Below are positions 12,688-44,010 of a stretch of 64,000 nucleotides of DNA, one piece after another. The notes beneath the pieces are model-generated. The model searched no databases. It saw nothing but the letters and a program-made list of their open reading frames with translations, and was not told the origin of the DNA. The translations under genes and the position numbers were made by a program. The stretch spans positions 425,449 to 489,448 of the forward strand of contig NMRA01000346.1 in NCBI GenBank assembly GCA_002633005.1, in the 5' to 3' direction. Source of the stretch: Phoronis australis (lineage: Eukaryota > Animalia > Phoronida). The first letter of the stretch is position 1. Each line of letters begins with the position of its first letter.

Positions 12688-15600
12688 TTCCTGCTGAGCA
12701 ACATGCTTTCTGAACATTATCTCCAATATCGGAGATAAATTTTGAGTGGAACAAAACTTTCGTCAATTCTTTACTGATCATTTACATATTTTGTATGATT
12801 AAATTAAAAAATCCAGTCCTGATTTACTTGGCCATGACATGATTTGTCAGCTGACCTACGTAATTTAAATATTTATAATAAAACACTGGGACTGCAAGTC
12901 AAGTAATTATATTAGTAGGGTATTAGTAACCTAATGTTTGCCAAGTAATTAATTTTCACATATCTAATACATATTATTTGATTTCTTAGATTTTAATAGC
13001 AGTCTTGGTATAAGCAGTTGGAACAATTCCCGATCCAGTAAAGCCAAATAATTAAAGAATTACAGAATACTTATTGTGCTGTGCTACACTAAGAAATTGA
13101 AATGTGTCTCAAACAGAAATTTTCAATACTAGTTCTTAAAATACATTAAGATTTCCTTTTTCAGTCCAGAAGTTATTCCTTTTTTTTAAAAATAAACATC
13201 ACTTTACACCAAGAAACTGTGGTGCAGAAAAAACCCCAAAAATAACACATCAGCTAAAATGTGACCACCACACAACAAAAAAAAAACATTGCAGAAGTAC
13301 AATTAACATGCCATGAAAACATGACCACTCAGGAGTATATGACCATGAACAAGACGTCATTCACTTGAAGCAAGATGGCAGATCCAGATTGCGAACTTTT
13401 GAGTGGCGCTGTGAGAGATCTGGTGTCTGCAATAGTCAATCATCTATGTTTCAACAGAATGCGCAGAGAAGTTTGTATTTCTTGGTGAGATATTGCTTAG
13501 CACTAAGTCCTTGCGCACCTGGTGCCGACATCATCACTTTGAGGGGTCTGGTACCCCTGGATCATCATATGCTCCTGAAGGGTCATGTGCTCCTGGTATG
13601 ACGATATTTTTGCTGGTACATGATTTGGTACTGGCATGGTATGTAATATTTCTGAGAAGATTTTTATATATGTATATATCACATATTTTAGTGTTAAGGT
13701 TATCTAAAACATTACTTATTGTTCTCCATTTTAACTGGCATGTCAAAAAGCAGGCTTTGTCAACTATTAAATGTATATCTGAAAGAAGAAAGATTCTAGA
13801 TTGTTAAATACGTTTTGTATTTACGTACGGTTATTATTATTGTAAACACATTTTTAGTCAGAATTTAATTTGTAAGACAGTAAGAGGTATATTTGTTATT
13901 CATACTAAAACAACCCCTAGTTCAGTTTTAATGAAAACTTTTTTTAAATGAAAACTTTTTTAAATGGAATCTTTACCGGTTACCTCATAAACAGTGTTAG
14001 GAATTTTCGATTGATCTTTTAAGTTGGTTTCTATGACATCAGCTTCCAAATATAAGGTATTTTTGTACAAAAATAGGAGTTGTATTCGTCTATGATACAT
14101 TCCGCAAACACTAGGGCTTAATATCGAAAATCCTAAGAGCATTTTCGAGATTGATGAGTAAATATTAAGTGTGGAAAGTTTCAACGAAATCCACCAAGCC
14201 ATTTTTGAGAATTCGTGTTCCTAAGTTCAAATGGAAGTCGATTTGTCGAAGCCTAGAAAAAGCCAATTAAGTTGTCAGACTTAAAATGCTCAATGTGTTT
14301 GATTAATTATTCGTCGAAAACTTGTCTTCTGTCAATATATCCTATACATGCCTTAACCATGTTCGCTATATTTCAACATTCACTCGGAATGTCAACTGAA
14401 TTTGTTGTGTGTTATTAACTTAATTATCGCTAAAACTTGTTACCTTATGGTGGTCTCCAGTCCGACAGGCTAGGTCAACTGTGGATCTACCTAAAAGAAG
14501 GTCAGCAATTCATCGTTATACGCAGCAGGAACTCGGAGACTAATATGAAACCAAGTATGAAACGGACTACAGAAATCGAATCGATGATTAAAGTGTGCAT
14601 CAGCATGAAAACGAAACAGCAAAATGTCAAATTACCTATCGACTTAAAATGAATTTGTGTGAGAATTTATATCTTTTCACAACTTGCTCTATTTGTGAAC
14701 TCTAAGTCACAGAGGCATGCGGGGACTCTGAGCATTCGTTCTCATCGGTAGTATTTATGTAGAAGCACAACTCCCCAGGATCAAAACTGTTATGTCTTCG
14801 TTTTCCTGGCATCTTTCTATCATGTTCACCTCATTGACTCAATATTATGTTTACTCTGTGAATGAAAGGATTGAGGGTTCTAGTATGCATTTTATTGCCT
14901 CTAGGTGTGGTCTTTGAAATCAAAAGTTACTTTTTGGACATAGGGCTAATTTATAATGGGAAATAATTGAGAAATCAAAGCTGCTTTCCATTGCCTGCCA
15001 AGGCTTTGGTGAAAATCAAATGTGTGCGTGTATTAGATGAGACTGGTTTTTAACCACGAATGTCATCAAATTTTAAATGTGTGATCATTTCATTTTCAAA
15101 ATTTCCAGATCTAGGTCTGGTGTATGAGACATCCAAACCCATATTAATTTTACCAAGTTAGACTAGTTGTAGTTTTGACTGTATGTAACTGGTTGTCTTA
15201 TGAGTGAGTTATCTCACAGTGAAGGATGACCAATATTCTTGTTTGGTTAAGTGGAGGCAATATTATGTTAATGGTAGTTAACACATCAGAGGATAAATAA
15301 ACATGTCCCTGTACAAATCCAAACTCATGAAGATGATGAGTTCAGCCAACCTTACAGAACACTGACATTAGTGTGAACTGAATGTCTGTGGTTGTAGTCA
15401 GATCTCCTGCCTGTGAACATGTCTTCCTGCTGGGAAACCACTGATCATCCAGAGGAAGTTGTCTACTACTGGCAGCTTGGTGTATTTCTTTACTTTCTGT
15501 CACCAGACAGGCATTTGGTCCAGTTGATCTTGATCAACTTCCTGTGTGATTCAGAATTGAAACTTATTGGTTTCTTACTTGCATGATGCCATGTTAACTT

Positions 15601-17920
15601 AATTTGCTTTTGCATGTCCAAAAATTCCAAGTGCAGGAAGTACCAGGAAACATTGACTGAAGAACCTATCAATGAACTCTCATTTGGGCCTCAATGTCAT
15701 TTAGTCAGGAGACAACAATTGGAATGTTTGTTAATCATTGTGTAGGCTAGTACCTGGTAAAATTCTCTCCATAGGTTTTTCTGTCCTGTTTTTAATTAGT
15801 TATCTGTATGCCAGTGGCCTTACAAATAAAGTTTCCATTGAGAAAATGTGCCTTAAGTCTAAAGAAGTTCACATTTTACCGAGCTTACTGAAGAATTGCA
15901 TTTTCTCAAATGAAAGTGATCACGTGACGTTGAGTGGCATGTTGTTGATTGAACTCCTCAGGAGTCTGTTTAATCTTGTTTTGGGCTGCATGTGTATTTG
16001 AAATGCATGTAAGTTGTCTCGGAGAGCTTAACTTGCAAAAAACTACCGTATATACTGATTTATTAGTATCTGATAGTGTCCACCTCTGTTCTGGTGCATA
16101 GTGTTTGCTGTGCCTGCAAATCTATTTGGTTTGCTGGAGACTCCTGGAATTGATTTTTTAACTAGGCCAATCAATCATAGTATGTCCTGTGTTTCTTGCA
16201 TAGCCCTGGGACTGCGAACTATTATTGATCTCTAGTAGAGGACTTTCTATGTGTGAGACTTACTAGTTTAAATAGACCTACAGCCTCATTTGTTCTGACC
16301 CTGGATACATGCCTTAGGGCCAGTTGCATATGAAACATATCATGCTCCAAATGCAAATGAGCTTATGTCATTGCTTAGGGTGCTGTCTTGCCTGAGGGAG
16401 TGCGGCAAATGTCTCAGTTGTTTGGTTTCCTTCATCTCTAGAGTGTGAATTGTTGTAGTATGTGGCTGATGGCTGCTGGTAGCCACTGACCATTAATTGC
16501 ATCACCTGACAAAAGCAAATCTCTGGTGTGTTTCTGTGCACTACATTTACCCTGATTACTATGATTGTTGTATGCAGGTTAGTGAGTATCTTAGTGCAAG
16601 CAGGGTAACAGTGAGACAAGGTAACTTTTACTTGAGGCTGACAGCAGAGCCCCCTGGCTCTGTCTTAGTTGTTTGCAAAGGAAATAGTAACTAGTGTGTA
16701 TAATTAACATAGGTGCACAGTGTACACCCACTGGAACATTTATATTTAAACTTGATGCCCAGTGACATGTGGGCTTACCAGTCACCTTGAAAACGAGAAC
16801 AAAAAATACCAACAAAGGAAGTTTTTTTTCATGAGTTGCCATATTTTGTACCTGCAGAGTGACTTGGGTGATTTTCAATTGATAATTACAAGCATAGCCT
16901 GGTTTCTGACTTAATATTTGAATCAAAACCCAAGCTCTTTACTGGTTTACGGTCAACTTTTCTGTGCTTCTGGTGTTTTCTTGTAAAAATCCCATGTCAG
17001 TTCAGGGTTCCAATTTCCATTGCTGCTTGACACTTGACTGTCTTGTGCCATACCAGTTGCATGATGCCCTGTCCTAGTTATGTTTCTCAGTTATTTAACT
17101 CAAACCCTATGTCATTCATACCAGCTGATCAGATTTGTTGAAAGAGCTTGTCATACATGGTTTCTTTTCATTGATGGTGAATGCTTTTCACCCTGTCAGA
17201 CAATGGCTGTATGCAAGATCTAAATTTTTTCATTCATCTTCTCTGGCATACCTAGAATTCCTTAGTGGTCAGTTGCTGACCTACTTCTTTGTGCTTTCTG
17301 CAGTCCTGTATAGTTTCTCTAATTTGGGACAGTAAAACATAAATTATTTTGTTCAGGGTCACAGCATGTCCCAAATTCAAAAAATCGGCAATATTGGCAA
17401 TCCTAATTTCAATAATCCCTGGAAAGACGCCAAAAATCCCCATGTTCGAAATTCTGGAATCAAATGTGTAGCCTACAATGAACACTTCATTTGTTTATAC
17501 TTTGTAATATCTTCTGGGCAGTCTTACATATACTTTGTTTTAATTTGGAGTGATTTGGTGATTAATTTACTGGGATTACCAACCCAAACAATCTGTGTAT
17601 GGTGTACAGCACAGGCTTTGGAACAAGCAATTATTCTAACTGGCATGGCGACCAATTTCTTATCCCCATCGATTGTTTTAACCACTAGTGATGAATCAAG
17701 TGCTAAAGATATAGGACTTGTTCGTAAAACAGTGATCATTGTACTGATACTTAAAAACTACCAACGTACCCATATCATAGGCGGATTTAGGGGGGGGGGC
17801 GAGTCCCCCCCTTGGCTGCCGCAAGCAAAAATGCAACAGCAAGAGCGTGAAGCGCGAGGAAATATTAAGTAAAGCAACTAGGACGCGAAGAAGGGGCGCC
17901 TCAGATCGCAGCGGTCCTGT

Positions 17921-19629
17921 TTTTTTTATGCGCCCACGTATTTATGCCGTCATTTCCGTCATTCTGGCGTCCGTCCGTCCAGCGTCCGTCCGTCCGGCAT
18001 CTTTTTATCTCCAAAACGCCTTGACGTATGTTCATGAAATTTTGCACATGTGTTCTTTCCATGGATGGGACGGCATGAGTGAACTTTCGGACGAATCTGA
18101 CTACCGGTGTGCCCCCTAGTGGCAATTTTATTTTTTTACGTTTACCTCTATCTTCAAAAGTCCTGAACAGATTTTCATAAAATTTGGTTTATAGGCACCT
18201 ATTATTGAGATGACGCTACCTTCCGTTTTCAGATGGATTTGACTTAGTTTGCACCACCTAGTGGCCATTTTTACTGTTTTGTTTTTTGTGTCCACCCCTC
18301 TATCAACCAAACCGCTCAAAGGATGAGTGTGAAAATTGACATGTATGTTCTTACTATAAAGTGGACGACTGACAATGATTTTCTGACGACTTCGACTACT
18401 GTGGCGCCTCCTAGTGGCAGTTTTTTTTTGCGCCTATGGCTGTATTCCCTAAACCGTTCACAGGATCTTTACTAAATTTAGTAAGTGTATTTATATGTTA
18501 GCAATGGAGGACGACAACTTTTAAACGTATCTCACTACTGGTGTGCCACCTAGTGGCAATTTTATTTTTTTACGTTTACCTCTGTAAATTCAAAGGTCCT
18601 CAAGGTATTTTCATAATATAAGGCTTACAGGCATCTGTTAATGAGATGATGCTATCTCTCCATTTTCAGATGGATTTAACCTAGTTTGCGCCTCCTGGTG
18701 GCCTTTTTTTACTGTTTTCGAGTTTTTTGGCGTCCACTTGTCTATCAACCAAACCGCTTTCAAAATAATTGTGAAATTTTGCATGTATGTTTTTACTATG
18801 AAGTGGACGGCTGACGACGATTTTCCGATTTTCCGACAAGGTCAACTACTGTGACGCCTCCTAGTGGCAGTTTTATTTTTTGTGCTCATTACTGTATCCA
18901 TTAAACAGTTTGCACGATCTTTACTTAATTTAGCAAGTGTATTTATATGACGATTTTCGGTTGTATCTGACTTGTAGTGTGCCCCCTAGTGGCAATTTTA
19001 GTTTTTTACGTTTACCAGTCTGTATCTTCAAAGGTCCTCAACAGATTTTCTTAATATTTTGAATATAGGCATCTATTGGTGAGATGATTCTATCATCCTG
19101 TTTTTCGATGGAATCGAGGTATTTTGCGCCACCTGGTGGCCATTTTTTGCTGTTTTCAAATCTTGTTTTTGCCGTCCACTCCTCGATCAACCATTTCATT
19201 TTAGGGATGGTTTTGAAAATTGGTGTATATGTTTTCAGTGTGAAGAGGGCATTTGATGATGGCGACTGACTAATGTGACGCTTCCTAGTGGTAGTTTTGT
19301 TTTGTTTTGCGCCCATAGCTGTATCTCCAAAATCTACTGCAGGATCTTTATTAAATATAGTAAGTGAATTTATATGAAGACGACAACTTTCAGGCGGATG
19401 GAACGGACACTGTGCCCACAAGCGGCAATTTCATTTTGCTCCGTTTTCCTTTGTTTCTCTGATGTTCCTTGATAGATTTTTATGAACTATGGCATGCTTC
19501 CGTTTTTGGAAGGATTGTACTTTTTTGCACCAGCTAGTGGCCATTTTTATGATACAAATAAATAACCCTAAAAGCACACCATTTGGGATGCATCCGTGGG
19601 CGCATTTCAATGCTCCGCATTGCTCAATT
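17921..19629 (+). mobile_element. Non-autonomous Helentron-type element (HINE / DINE-1-like) with internal higher-order tandem repeat
   Basis: Starts in a T-run; 11-bp subterminal inverted repeats ATGCGCCCACG (17928-17938) / CGTGGGCGCAT (19595-19605); 3' hairpin CAATGC-TCC-GCATTG (19608-19622); (GTCC)n microsatellite about 17968-17995; central array of ~145-bp monomers. Confidence 0.85.
18095..19550. repeat. Tandem array of ~115-166 bp monomers organised as a 3-monomer higher-order repeat (~434 bp)
   Basis: Shared core at 18111, 18253, 18406, 18545, 18690, 18856, 18981, 19128, 19280, 19414, 19529; every third monomer is most similar (periods 434, 436, 433). Confidence 0.9.
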
Positions 19630-20627
19630 AGTCCTCCGGTAGATTTTCTGAGATGGTTCACATACCCGGTTCCCGCAACTTCAGCCCTGCTGCACATGCA
19701 ATCGTCGCACTTTGCCCGGTTCCCCGAGACAACATGTTGGGCCCCTAGATCCGCCACTGTGTATTCAGACATTGGCTGTTTGCACGGTTTCAGCAGACTA
19801 TGATGTCTTGCCTATCCTCAAGTAACAGCCTGTGCCCAATGGGCATTTGGTTGGTCATTACAAGAAGCAACAAATGTCAAATATTACTGTCCCATCTGTG
19901 AACTATCAAAACTCCCACTGACACTACAATATATCTGAGTTTCCTCAAGTTTTTGGGATAGGATGTACAAAGTGTCATGACCTCTGAGGTTGCTCCTAAG
20001 TAGATTTAATCTTTCCCCACTATAGGGTAATTGTTAATCTCTGTAGTTGATGCCTCTTGACCTATATTGAGATGAGTTGTGTTGGGCTGTTTGTCTTGGG
20101 GGTTACATGCTTTCCCATTGACACAAACTTGTTAAAAAAATTGCAATGTTGGTGGAAAAGCGACATTTTCCTCTTTCTTATACCTATATGTCTGAAATAC
20201 AACTTCTGTTGAAGCGGCAATGAATCCACATTAATTCCATGACAAAAACCGACTTCTGAATTAGACCACATGCCATTATGAAATAGGTCTCCGATTGTTG
20301 CTCAGTCAATTTTGGAGGTGAATTCAGGGACTGGAAAGAACTCCCAGTTATTCCTCCAGACCAAGCTCATAAACTTTCAGGTCATTCTGTGTCACGAAGC
20401 TGACTTCCTTTCTTGAAATTTGCTTATGAAATTAGATGCTTACTTTAAGTTGAGAAACTCAGATATTTCACTTCCGCTCACTCGCTCAGTTTCTGGTTGT
20501 GAAAGCTCATTTGTCAACTTGGTTTACTTCCAAGTAAGTCACCTAAAAGTAAACCTGTTGCATTGTATTGCAGCTGGATAACCCTGAGGGCACTTGGATG
20601 TCTGCTGTGTGACACTCTTTAGCCACC

Positions 20628-38950
<18,323 letters not shown>

Positions 38951-39064
38951 GACCATGGATCCCCAGGGGTGTGTGGATTAGGTCCAGTTCTCTGTGTGGC
39001 TAGTTTTCATAGTAACATTATGACTATATATATTCCAGTGTTAGAAACAACAAGATGTATTGTT

Positions 39065-39070
39065 AATAAA
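39065..39070 (+). terminator. Candidate proximal polyadenylation signal of PACSIN
   Basis: AATAAA 115 nt after the stop codon. Confidence 0.35.
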
Positions 39071-39702
39071 ACCTAGCACGTGGCATCATGCTGGGTTCAT
39101 GCACTTTAACCTATGCAATAATCCTTTGTAATTCACGTGACATAGTTAAGCTTATCAATTTTTGTTTGTATGATGATACTTATTTATTTATACTATAATA
39201 TGTAGTTAGGGTAATTATGTTTTGTAGGCATTCGTTTAACGAGATCATTAGAGTGCAGAGCATTCTTTAATATTGATAATTAACTGATTGTGTGACGTTT
39301 ATTAATCTCTAAATCACGGGATTATGTATGGGTTAGTGTGCAAACTGTGACCCTGATGATTTCTCGGTGGGTGTTGCCTTGGCCGTTGGAATGTACTCCA
39401 TTCTGTTGCCCCATGTGGAGCAAGGAGAGTGCAGCTGAGCTGTTTATTCTAGGGCTGCATTCCACACTCGCAAGACATTCGTGGCAGGAAATGTTCACTT
39501 GCCGAACAGAAAGGAGTGACTTCTGTCAATATAATTTAACGCCGCTGATTGATCTCTTCTATCGCCGACATTTTGGTAGTGGATCCGAGTGACGTCCTGG
39601 CATACTAACAAAACTCCTTTGTTTTGTGTGGTGCTGTGTGACCTTCCCACACTGGTGAATGCCTTGCGTCCAAAGAATGCGTCCCCTGGTATCGCTGATA
39701 CA

Positions 39703-39875
39703 ATTGACCTATGGCAAGAACTTTGAATGACAGGTTAAGTAACCAGTCAGAATGCAGCATTCTTGACTCAATATCGTTTCCAAGCCGCCATTTTACCCGA
39801 CAAACAACACGTAGCGGGTTAAATCTTATTGTTTGTCAACATTATGCAAAGGGGCGGAGCTTGCGATAGGTCAAT
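39703..39875. mobile_element. Small MITE downstream of the PACSIN stop
   Basis: TIR ATTGACCTATGGCAAG (39703-39718) / CTTGCGATAGGTCAAT (39860-39875), 15/16 match. Confidence 0.65.
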
Positions 39876-41803
39876 GGGTTGACTATCGGGTTTTTCTTGC
39901 TAGTGTTTTATCATATTTTTGGTGAAAACAGCTCCAGTTACGTGTGAAACAATAGCCTGGGGATCATCTCTGATTCTGCACTATTAGTTACAATGCTTCA
40001 CGTGAGTTGGCCCCTTCTACTGTGCCAATCAGTTTTTTACTTCAAAATAGTTCAACATCTGTCTACTATGCCAACATTATCTTTGTTGTAATGTGATTTG
40101 CTGTGGTTATATCAAAACATTTGAAGAGCTGACTGGGGCACTATGAATTGTTTTTCACTTTTATGACCCGGCTGAAAAGTGCATAAGTGGCTCTTTCTAC
40201 CGAGAACTAGTTCAGTCATATACAATTTGTTTTTCTTCCTCTGCAAAAGACGAAAATAGATTGATATGCAGTAATTACTTTCCTGAAGACAAAATTTTGA
40301 AATCTGTTTTGTGAAACTAACCCACTGTGACCTGCAAATGGTTGAACGTGATCTGAAACTATTCTGACTGACCTGGTAGTGCGTATGAAACCTAGAATTA
40401 TTTTTAATATGAGTAAGGAACAAGATGAGAGCGACTTTAAAATGGTAAGTGGCTTAAATCAAAAATTGATTTTTGATCAAAGTTTCGGGTTGATTGCCCC
40501 TTTAATTCAAGAGCGTGATTTCGCTGGTAATGAGAATTCAACTCAATGTATGAGCCTTACTTTTGTTGATACACCTGTATTGTGTGTTAAGTTATCTTTG
40601 TGAATGTACAGTGTAGAGTCCTTTGTTTGGGGAGTTTACTTGCAGCATAATTTACCGAAGGAGCTGAGACTATAGTGTAGTTATTGCGTCACAGTATCAT
40701 AACATGAGTCTGCAGTATTACTGGTGTAAAGACAAGTGTAAACGGGTCTATTTAACATTGATAGCAATTAACCAGGTGTGTTGTGTACAGTATGCATGTG
40801 TGGGAGCTTTAAGAAATTTGATACTGTCTCTTTTCATTAAAAGTGTGGAAATGTTGTGGCAACAGCCTTTTGACCGACGGTTATGAGTTGAGGCTCATTC
40901 TTTGTTTGCGTCATCAACCTGTCGTGTCCTGAAAGCAGGCTTTCCAAGGCGGCATTCCATAGACCAAGTTTCTTAAGATACCTTTTAGGTCTTGTTGGAT
41001 TATCACCATGCATTCAAGTTGAAGCACTGGGACACACTAGTCTTACTTGTGATAGTTTTGAATTTCCGTTTCTTTCAACGTCATTTATGACGATTGTCCT
41101 CTGTTATTTTCAAGATTCCCTGTTTGGTTGATGGTGAGACCAAACGACTGAAAAGAGATAGTGTCAAATTTTGATGAGCCGTTGTTTTTGTGCTGTATTT
41201 GCTACATTTTCATAAAATGTGGTGTTACCTTGGGAATGCTATGGAAATTAGGTGTAGGTATTTACCAGTTTAGGATGATAAAATATACAATGTATTTACT
41301 AACTGTGTGGTGCCTGTTTACACTGTACCAAACCACCGTAGCTTATAGTTGCACTAGATTTGTTCTATTTTTTTGTACTTTAATGAAGGTTAGTATCATG
41401 AAAGGACTGAAGTCTTGTATGAATGTCTATTGATAGTGTATTGATGGTGGACACTTTGGTGCAGTAACCAAAACTGATATTGTTTCAGTAGACTTGTTAT
41501 GGATGTCACCAATAGAATTGTATTTACCAAATATTTTCTCAACAAACCTTATTTCATAGTGAAAGGCTGGACTATGTAGTAAGTTACCATGAGTTTTTCA
41601 GGGAATGTACTCCTCTATTCTCTAGATATTGATGATCAGGTGAAAATAATTATGCTTTTAGATCAACTGTTGGTTGGATGCAGGCATTGTGTGTGACATT
41701 TGGAGTTGCATTTTGCTAGTGTTGAGTATCATAAGTAGCGACCATTTCCAGGATGAATATGCACTTGCAGTGTAGGAGAAATTTATGGTAAAATAAGCTG
41801 TGA

Positions 41804-41809
41804 AATAAA
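41804..41809 (+). terminator. Candidate distal polyadenylation signal of PACSIN
   Basis: AATAAA followed by GT-rich tract (CTGTTTGGATTGTTTGG) at the end of a long T/G-rich stretch. Confidence 0.4.
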
Positions 41810-43600
41810 CTGTGATGATACTGTTTGGATTGTTTGGCGGACATTATGTCATGGATGCCATCAAAGCTATTTTGATGATTTTAAATATGCTTTGGTGCAA
41901 AATTTATTCTTTACTCTGTCACAAAACTGTTCTTAAGAATCTACAATATTCAAGTTATGTCAGAGTGTTGTACAGAATTAATGTGGATCATCCTGAGGTT
42001 GATATCTGGTCATACAGACTGAGAGAGAGCAATGTTGTCCTTAGGCGAGATCCATATGGCCACATACGTTCGAGGTACTGGTCTATATTTGTTTTATGTA
42101 ACGAACATTGACGCTTCTTTCCACTGAATTTTTTTGATAGCATTTTCTTATGTCTGGGTGGTTTCTATTAATTTTACGTGTGGCTCCTGTGTTGGGAATG
42201 TTCCTGAACTCTGTGTTTCAAGTTCATGTTAAACATCGAGTTGATGAGTTACCTTCCTTTGTACTACTGATGGGACACTTACAGAGATAAGTCTGTCTCT
42301 CCTGCTTCCCACACCCCCCCCCCCCCTTCCCTTTCTACGTTTCCCCTGCCTTCCTCCCTCCTAAACTATCTCACAATTATTGCATTTAGACGTTGACGAT
42401 GGCTCAGTGCACTCGTTGATGTTTCAAAAACCTGTTCCATTGTCTCTCCTGCTCGACAATATGTAAGTGAGCTATGGTGATTCAGCGTATTACGCCATGT
42501 TTTGTTATTGTTTGGATACATGCTCCTACCTGAAAGTTGTGATTATCGGTAAGGCTAGATGCTGGCCTGCGATTTGTCAACAGTTAAGCTAGATGATTTA
42601 TCAGTGTGTAAGGCGCATTGTTCAGTACTGATATTTATGCCAGATGATGTCGCTAGTTTCGATATTCCTGTTGCGGTACGATTCTCCTTCCCTTGTTACA
42701 ACTGTATTGGCAATAGGCGAAGAGACACGATTCTACTGAGATATACTGTAAGGAGAATATACTAGTATTGTATCAAAATGATATAGACAAGCGTAGATCT
42801 ATCCCCTTTGTCCATTCTTTGTTCTGTGATCTGAGTAATCACATTTTCTTTCCATGATGGATTTAAACATTTACCAAATTGAATCTTCTGTCTGCAGAAC
42901 AGTTAGATTAGATGATTGACTCGGGCATCGAGTCAGTGTTGAAAGAGTTAGAATATAAACGTTTTGTCATGATAATGTACTGACCGTTCAGTCGAATGGC
43001 GCTGTTGTTCAGCGATTTCAATGCAAGCTTATTGGTACCTTGAAACTGAACGTATTGTATATGTAAGCAGAGAGTGATGGCTTAACTACATGTATCGTTG
43101 AACTGGATGCCATATCCATGTTCACGTTTGCTGTACATAGTTCCTGGTGCCTTCTCGGCCTTGTCCTAATATTGGGGAAGTGTAACTCCTTAGGTTTTAT
43201 TGTGTTTTTCATTATTCACTTAGAATATCCACTAAAACATTCCACCGTAGTTTGTTTGATTCATCGGAGTTTGAGATAGTTGCTCGTTGGATATTGTTAA
43301 CATTTAATAAGGTGTGGGTGTTAGGCCATCAAGCCTTTTAATGCCGTGCACGACCTATGTGCATGTGAGGTGTGATTTTGCTGACGCCAGAAGTCTTAGA
43401 ATTATATATATATACTATTCATATTTTCTGGATTCACGTTGCCCGATGATGATGTTAAGTATAGCTGTAGAATGTGTTCGAGTAACAAATACAATAGTTA
43501 ACTCGTAAGAACGTTATTTTTGAGGATTTTATATTTGTTGGGTCAACTAAAACAGGCACTGAGCACAAAAGCCAAACCCGGTAACTACGGAACATTGTGT

Positions 43601-43761
43601 CCAGCCTCCCGTTCAGTAACGCTAGGACCTCGCTAAAAAACAAGACTTCGTGAGATATTGTCGTGCATTTTAAATGAGAACACGTGACTTTGACTACGTT
43701 TTAGCTTGGTCCTAGCGTAGGTCCTAGCGTAGGTCCTAGCGTCTAATGAACGCACGCCTGG
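43601..43761. mobile_element. PIF/Harbinger-like MITE, copy 1 of 3
   Basis: Imperfect ~25-bp TIR (CGTTCAGTA(G)ACGCTAGGACCT), internal TAGGTCCTAGCG repeats, CWG flanks; close copies at 55052-55209 and 57552-57710. Confidence 0.8.
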
Positions 43762-43802
43762 TTTAGGGGTATTACATAGTTCCGGGTGAACAGAACTGGT
43801 AA

Positions 43803-44010
43803 GGGCCCGTTCCAAGAAACTGGCATTAATTTTTCTCAAGTTCCAATCTTTGAAACTTCCACGTTCGGTAAGTTAGTCACAATTAAGGTAAAACCTAAGT
43901 TAACAGATCTCTTTCTTGAAATGGACTTGACACAGAATTTAAGATTTATCTCAAAATTAGCTGAAATTTAAGATTTGTCTCGGCTAAGTTAGTTTTCTTG
44001 GAACGGGCCC
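43803..44010. mobile_element. PIF/Harbinger-like MITE (second family)
   Basis: 17-bp perfect TIR GGGCCCGTTCCAAGAAA (43803-43819) / TTTCTTGGAACGGGCCC (43994-44010). Confidence 0.8.

Larger units (their letters stand above)
17776..19759. mobile_element. Outer MITE-like element hosting a nested HINE
   Basis: Left end CATAGGCGGATTTAGGGG (from 17776); right end CCCCTAGATCCGCCACTG (to 19759; reverse complement CAGTGGCGGATCTAGGGG): imperfect 18-bp TIR; no TSD recognisable. Confidence 0.5.

Noticed and set aside
17366-17872. 168-aa ORF upstream of PACSIN coding exons
   Set aside because: Runs into MITE sequence, no domain or splice support; likely chance.
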